Source of the DNA: Planctomycetaceae bacterium
GTDB lineage: Bacteria > Planctomycetota > Planctomycetia > Planctomycetales > Planctomycetaceae
Direction of reading: 5' to 3'
Assembly: GCA_965660145.1 (NCBI GenBank)
Contig: CBFHYX010000023.1
Coordinates: 1 to 64,000 of the forward strand
Length of the DNA: 64,000 nt
Positions 59,687 through 64,000 of this stretch are shown one piece after another (positions within the stretch are counted from its first letter, which is position 1; each line of letters begins with the position of its first letter). Both the position numbers and the translations under genes were made by a program. Under the pieces are notes generated by a model. The model saw only the letters and a list, made by a program, of their open reading frames with translations, had not been told where the DNA came from and made no database searches.

Positions 59687-60907
59687 TCAGGAATCTTCAG
59701 CATCTTTCTTCACCACCACGTCAGCGTCTTCCTCCTTACCCTCTTCATCGACTTGGTTTTCGCCGTCTTCCTCGTCGATATCTCTCTCGACGCGGGATTT
59801 GATATCTGCCCAGTCAATATCGTCATAGGTTTCGTATTCTTTCACGGGGAGCGTTTTTGCATATGCCTTCAGGCGATCAATTCTGTCTTGAGTATCGGGA
59901 TGGGTCGACAACCAAGCGGGCAGTCCTAACGGATCGTCAGTCTTCAGATCTTCGAAAAGAGTCACTACAGAAAGAGGGTCGATATTAGCTTCGTACAGCA
60001 CGCGAGCCCCCTCCAGGTCAGCTTCGGTTTCCTGGAGTCGCGAATAACTGTTCTGAGTCGCGTACTGTCCCAACTCGACCCCCAATGCCAGAAGCCCCGA
60101 AACATCGCCCAATAAAACCTGAATTCCAACCACGATCCCGAGTTGCCCCGTGACTCGTTCTAACCCGTGTCGTTTTGTCACATGCGCCATTTCATGGGCA
60201 ATTACCCCTGCCACTTCCTCGGCAGATTCCGATTCGGCAATCAACCCCGTAAAGACGGTGATATATCCTCCGGGCAAGGCATAGGCATTCATGATGGGAG
60301 AATCGAGCACACGGACCTGATATTTGACATCCGGGATGGCGGAATAGGGTTCGAGGCGTTCGATTATTTTTTCAATGGCAGCAACCACTTTGGGATCGTC
60401 TATTTCGCGAAAACCATCTTCCATGGAAGACTGAGCAAGTTCACCGATCGTTTCGTCAACACTGAACGGCAAAGCATGGACGGCCGCCTTGGCTCCTTGT
60501 TTGATACCAAAATATCCACCGATCAATAACAGTACACAGACTGTGGTGCCAATCCAGAACATACCCCAACCACGACGACTCTCTTCTCGACGTTGTCCCA
60601 GTACACGATTTAATTCCGAGCGTAATTCACCTGACGACGCATTTTCGAGCGCCTTCGGAAACTGTTTGTCTTCGCAGAAAATCGTGACCGTTTTGTCGGC
60701 ATTCCGACAAAACACCATCCGCCCACTCGAACCGCCGATGTCCAGATTCGTGTCCCCATAGCGCAACACAAACTCGTCACCACCAGTCGTTCTTGCCCGA
60801 ATGCACGTAAAATCGAGAGTGACATTTGCACTGGCGCGACCGTTCGGCAACTCCTTCGAGAAGACTCCTCCCAGAAAATCAGCATCCTCAACGTTTTCGT
60901 CAAACAT
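59687..60907 (-). CDS. M48-family zinc metallopeptidase with N-terminal soluble domain, one TM helix and acidic C-terminal tail
   Basis: HEMAHVTKRHG (HExxH) plus downstream ETEADLEGARVL. TM GMFWIGTTVCVLLLIGGYFG. ATG at 60907 or TTG at 60928. Confidence 0.85.
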   Translation of the reverse strand: MFDENVEDADFLGGVFSKELPNGRASANVTLDFTCIRARTTGGDEFVLRYGDTNLDIGGSSGRMVFCRNADKTVTIFCEDKQFPKALENASSGELRSELNRVLGQRREESRRGWGMFWIGTTVCVLLLIGGYFGIKQGAKAAVHALPFSVDETIGELAQSSMEDGFREIDDPKVVAAIEKIIERLEPYSAIPDVKYQVRVLDSPIMNAYALPGGYITVFTGLIAESESAEEVAGVIAHEMAHVTKRHGLERVTGQLGIVVGIQVLLGDVSGLLALGVELGQYATQNSYSRLQETEADLEGARVLYEANIDPLSVVTLFEDLKTDDPLGLPAWLSTHPDTQDRIDRLKAYAKTLPVKEYETYDDIDWADIKSRVERDIDEEDGENQVDEEGKEEDADVVVKKDAEDS

Positions 60908-60978
60908 GAAATCAGTCTCCACGATCAACTTTGAATGAAATGATTGTCTTTACTGGACAGTATCAATCCGAACATCGA

Positions 60979-62133
60979 CTACGGTTTCTTTTTGACGAGG
61001 CCTCCGTCAGCATCACTCATAATTTGCCGAAGACGAGCCTTCTCGCTGAGCACTTTACCCGCACGAACATCTTCTTCCTGAAACGTGGCGAGCAATATAT
61101 GTCGATCACCGGTCCGACTGTAATCGTAAATAATATGAATCGAACCATCTTTGGTTTGTTGCCCGTCTGGATAAGAAACGCCACTACGTTCATCGAGTAA
61201 CAAACCTCCACCCCAAGTTTTTCCGTCATCTTCCGAAAGGTACGCCGTCAGGTGCGAACGCCCGGTTCGCTTTTCAATGGGGCCATGTTTGACGAGCAAT
61301 AAGTTCCCGCTGTTCAAGCGTCTGACAAAAAACCGGGCACTCGGATGACTGATTGCGGAAGGTGCAAGTTCGGGCCAGGTCGCTCCCCGATCCGTTGACA
61401 CACTCTCTCCAATGCCATAATTCGTGCGGGCAAGCAGACAAATTGAACCGTCCTTGCGTTCCACAAACATATGCTCATCAAACTGTCGATCTTTCTGTGG
61501 GACGTTGCTGGCACCACGCACTTTCCACGACTTGCCCAAGTCCGTTGAAACCATCATTTGTGCGCTGTTGTCTTTGGTTCGCCACAGAGATGTTGGCAAG
61601 ACCCATTCGCCGGTGGAAAGCACCAACGGCTTACACATCATCACACCATCATTGATCCGACGGGGAGCGTTCCACTTTGGTTGTGCCACTTCTGGATCAT
61701 CCGTTGTGATGGCCCAGACTCCGCCGGGGAACCCACCGTGACCAATCGCCTGCGCCCAAAACCAATACAATTTGCCATCGGGAGAGACCCATAACTCGGG
61801 GTCGAATGTACGGACAGGCCCCTCTTTATCGGGATCGACAACCATCACTTCCTGCCAACTCTCACCACCATCATCACTGGTCGAAAGCACAACGTAGTTA
61901 TTGTGGTCTTCCGCGGGACTGACGCCCGCATACCATGTCGCCCACATCCGTCCTTTGGGAGTAATCGCAAAACTCGGGATTCCCTGAAACCCACGATTGT
62001 GCACAGAATGGAGTGCTTGCGGCGGCCCAACGTGTATAGGTGGGCGTTCCGCCTGCGGAGTCTCGGCATGTATTGACTCAACCGAGCTAATGAATAGTAG
62101 GCCGAACAAAGAAATAGATATGAGTTTGCGCAT
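60979..62133 (-). CDS. BNR/Asp-box repeat sialidase-like (exo-alpha-sialidase family) secreted protein
   Basis: Signal peptide. Four Asp-boxes STDDGGESW, STDLGKSW, STDRGATW, SEDDGKTW. Confidence 0.75.
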   Translation of the reverse strand: MRKLISISLFGLLFISSVESIHAETPQAERPPIHVGPPQALHSVHNRGFQGIPSFAITPKGRMWATWYAGVSPAEDHNNYVVLSTSDDGGESWQEVMVVDPDKEGPVRTFDPELWVSPDGKLYWFWAQAIGHGGFPGGVWAITTDDPEVAQPKWNAPRRINDGVMMCKPLVLSTGEWVLPTSLWRTKDNSAQMMVSTDLGKSWKVRGASNVPQKDRQFDEHMFVERKDGSICLLARTNYGIGESVSTDRGATWPELAPSAISHPSARFFVRRLNSGNLLLVKHGPIEKRTGRSHLTAYLSEDDGKTWGGGLLLDERSGVSYPDGQQTKDGSIHIIYDYSRTGDRHILLATFQEEDVRAGKVLSEKARLRQIMSDADGGLVKKKP

Positions 62134-62247
62134 GGTATGAGCTTATTGGGGATGATCTAAGAAATTTTGTTACAGTTGGATTAACCTTGAGCCGTGATAC
62201 CTCGTAGGAAAACACGACTGATAGAATAGCCTAACAGGAATTCTTTC

Positions 62248-62517
62248 ATGATACACGAACTCAAACCGAGCAAACTTGACCAGATTACCTGGCCGAGCGT
62301 TAAAGCCGAGTTGCTCAATCGAGAATTCTGGTCAGCATTGATCTGGGCGATTCTGTGGACCGCGATGGGAATAGGCCTCGTTTTCGTAGCGGGACACGTT
62401 CTCCGCTGGAAGATGCAGATTCATGAATTGATCTGGTTCATCGTCTTGCCGATCCCTGCCGCATTAATCTTCTCACAGTTTGCAGGCTGGTATCATCAGT
62501 CCCGACGAGTGCTTTGA
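62248..62517 (+). CDS. hypothetical small membrane protein (89 aa)
   Basis: Two hydrophobic helices. AGGA 9 nt before the ATG. Confidence 0.4.
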   Translation: MIHELKPSKLDQITWPSVKAELLNREFWSALIWAILWTAMGIGLVFVAGHVLRWKMQIHELIWFIVLPIPAALIFSQFAGWYHQSRRVL

Positions 62518-62620
62518 ATCTCACGCATGATCATGGGAGGAATCTGTGTGCTTTGGATTCCACTGGCACTCCTGGCTGTCATCATGGCGATGGGATTCGC
62601 GGGAATACGTTAGTCGATCA

Positions 62621-63961
62621 TCACTTCCAAGAAACAGTCACTCGATCAATCATCGGCTTCGACTTATTCTCGGTCGTGTCGGTGAGTTTCATTTCAAATT
62701 GAAAACCAAACCCAGCAGGAAGCGAAGACAGATCGAGCGCAGCGGGCGTTTTTTCGATCTGTTTGGCGAACCCTTTGATCTGTGTATAAGTCTCTTTCAA
62801 CTCTTGCCAATCCGTCCATCGATCAGCACTGCCATCATTGTTGGTGTCTACTCCCACACGAACGGTCACACTTTCCACCCACGGCCCTGGACTGACGTAG
62901 TCAGTTTTCTGTTGAGTGGCCAGATAAAATTGACCTTCAGCAAATCCGATGTCGGGATCGGGATGGCCGTTACCGATCTTGTCACACCAGACAAACTCTT
63001 CGTCAAGGCTCGCACTGGTGAACCATCCCACGCTCATCGCATGCCCGCCGATAGGGTCATAATCACCGAACAGATAATATCGCCCACCAATGCAGACAGC
63101 GGCCCAATCTCCGTATGCTTCCTGTTCCGGTTCGTGGACATTGTATTCGGCAATGTTTGAGTCCCAATCGGGATGTTGCAACCAATGAGGATGCTTGTAG
63201 GTTTTCACCTCACCCGTTGCTTTGGTGCGATTATCAATCGCGGGAGAGAGAATTTTGTAATTACCCAACCCATCTTTACTGACTGCGTGACCCGCCAGCG
63301 GCGAATCCCATGAACGTTTGCCGGCATTGATGGGGCTCCAATCTTCGTAGATGACATGAATATTGCCGTCGAGATCACGAATAAACCCGGCATCCGACCC
63401 GTGTGAGGGATCTTTGAACGCCATCCCTTTATTTTCACCCAGCAAACCATCGGTCAGATCTTCATCGACGTACACATGGGGATCTTGATCATTGGGGTAA
63501 TCGTAATAGATATAGGTTTTGCCGTTAACGTATTCTGCTGAGGTCACCCACTTGGAAAAACCTTCGGTCACTGGACCGTGGTGAACCCAAGTTTTCATGT
63601 CTCGGCTTTGCCAAGCATGGTAGCCACCTTTGCCCGGCTTCAAGCCTCCGGGGGCATCAAACTGATTGGCAAACGGGGTGGTCAGAAGAGGAACATCGAA
63701 GCCGTGAAGCGTCGCCGATTTGGCTTTAAAATTCTTGCGTTGTTTGGCACTTCCATACCGACCAAACATCCAGTAGTTACCCGGCTCAATACACAACATG
63801 ACGGGAGCATCGGCCAAATTGACCGGACCAAGGTTTTCAATGGGATTCCAGTTTTGCCAGATTGGAGATTGCTCCAACAGAACTGACGTCGCCGATTTTT
63901 TTCCATCGAAGCGTTTCAACTTGCTCACAAACGTCGCATTCTTGGAAGTCGGAGAAACCAA
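62621..63961 (-). CDS. beta-propeller glycoside-hydrolase-like protein (GH43/GH32-like fold). The 5' end may lie beyond the window.
   Basis: 446-aa ORF rich in W/D/G with repeated D..G.....Y..D blade-like motifs. The first in-frame M is only 39 nt from the window edge. Confidence 0.45.
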   Translation of the reverse strand: MVSPTSKNATFVSKLKRFDGKKSATSVLLEQSPIWQNWNPIENLGPVNLADAPVMLCIEPGNYWMFGRYGSAKQRKNFKAKSATLHGFDVPLLTTPFANQFDAPGGLKPGKGGYHAWQSRDMKTWVHHGPVTEGFSKWVTSAEYVNGKTYIYYDYPNDQDPHVYVDEDLTDGLLGENKGMAFKDPSHGSDAGFIRDLDGNIHVIYEDWSPINAGKRSWDSPLAGHAVSKDGLGNYKILSPAIDNRTKATGEVKTYKHPHWLQHPDWDSNIAEYNVHEPEQEAYGDWAAVCIGGRYYLFGDYDPIGGHAMSVGWFTSASLDEEFVWCDKIGNGHPDPDIGFAEGQFYLATQQKTDYVSPGPWVESVTVRVGVDTNNDGSADRWTDWQELKETYTQIKGFAKQIEKTPAALDLSSLPAGFGFQFEMKLTDTTENKSKPMIDRVTVSWK

Positions 63962-64000
63962 CCCTTTATCAATCGTCAGATTATCTTGACTGCCAGTTGC

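Overview
This 64-kb window looks like chromosomal DNA from a member of the Planctomycetota, judged from the sequence alone. The pointers are two DUF1559 paralogues (the family also described as H-X9-DG) with prepilin-type N-termini ([36 protein letters not shown]), each followed by a small lipoprotein gene. There is also a DUF1592/DUF1585-type cytochrome-like protein paired with a DUF1552 protein through an ATGA start/stop overlap. Two formylglycine-type sulfatases are present, as is a giant dehydrogenase-HEAT-cytochrome c protein (PVC-type CxxCH), a planctomycete-type ECF sigma factor, Tat signal peptides, and few Shine-Dalgarno sequences. Coding density is high, with about 55 protein genes and no rRNA, tRNA or CRISPR detected. 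Housekeeping genes are proB, purF, trpF, scpA, mnmE, yidC and recJ. Accessory content includes a cluster of sulfatase, ECF sigma factor, giant cytochrome-dehydrogenase and EEP nuclease/phosphatase genes. A second cluster runs PQQ beta-propeller, DUF1592-family, DUF1552, M16, M16. There is an nfeD-flotillin pair, and a ferredoxin/ATP-grasp/ASKHA (hydantoinase-like) operon. A tandem triplet of AIM24/TIGR00266 paralogues sits between an M48 metalloprotease and a membrane protein. A low-GC islet lies next to a zone of gene fragments (IS630 transposase remnant, DUF1552 C-terminal fragment, 2-hydroxyacid dehydrogenase C-terminal fragment), and an IS1380-like remnant lies elsewhere. Four genes appear disrupted. 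A sigma-54 activator carries two in-frame stops. A TrkA-C membrane protein, the flotillin and an M20 AbgB-like amidohydrolase each carry a single frameshift. These are either real pseudogenes or consensus errors; two of the frameshifts sit at homopolymers and the flotillin one possibly at a C4 run. Family names are assigned from motifs read by eye. No database search was run.
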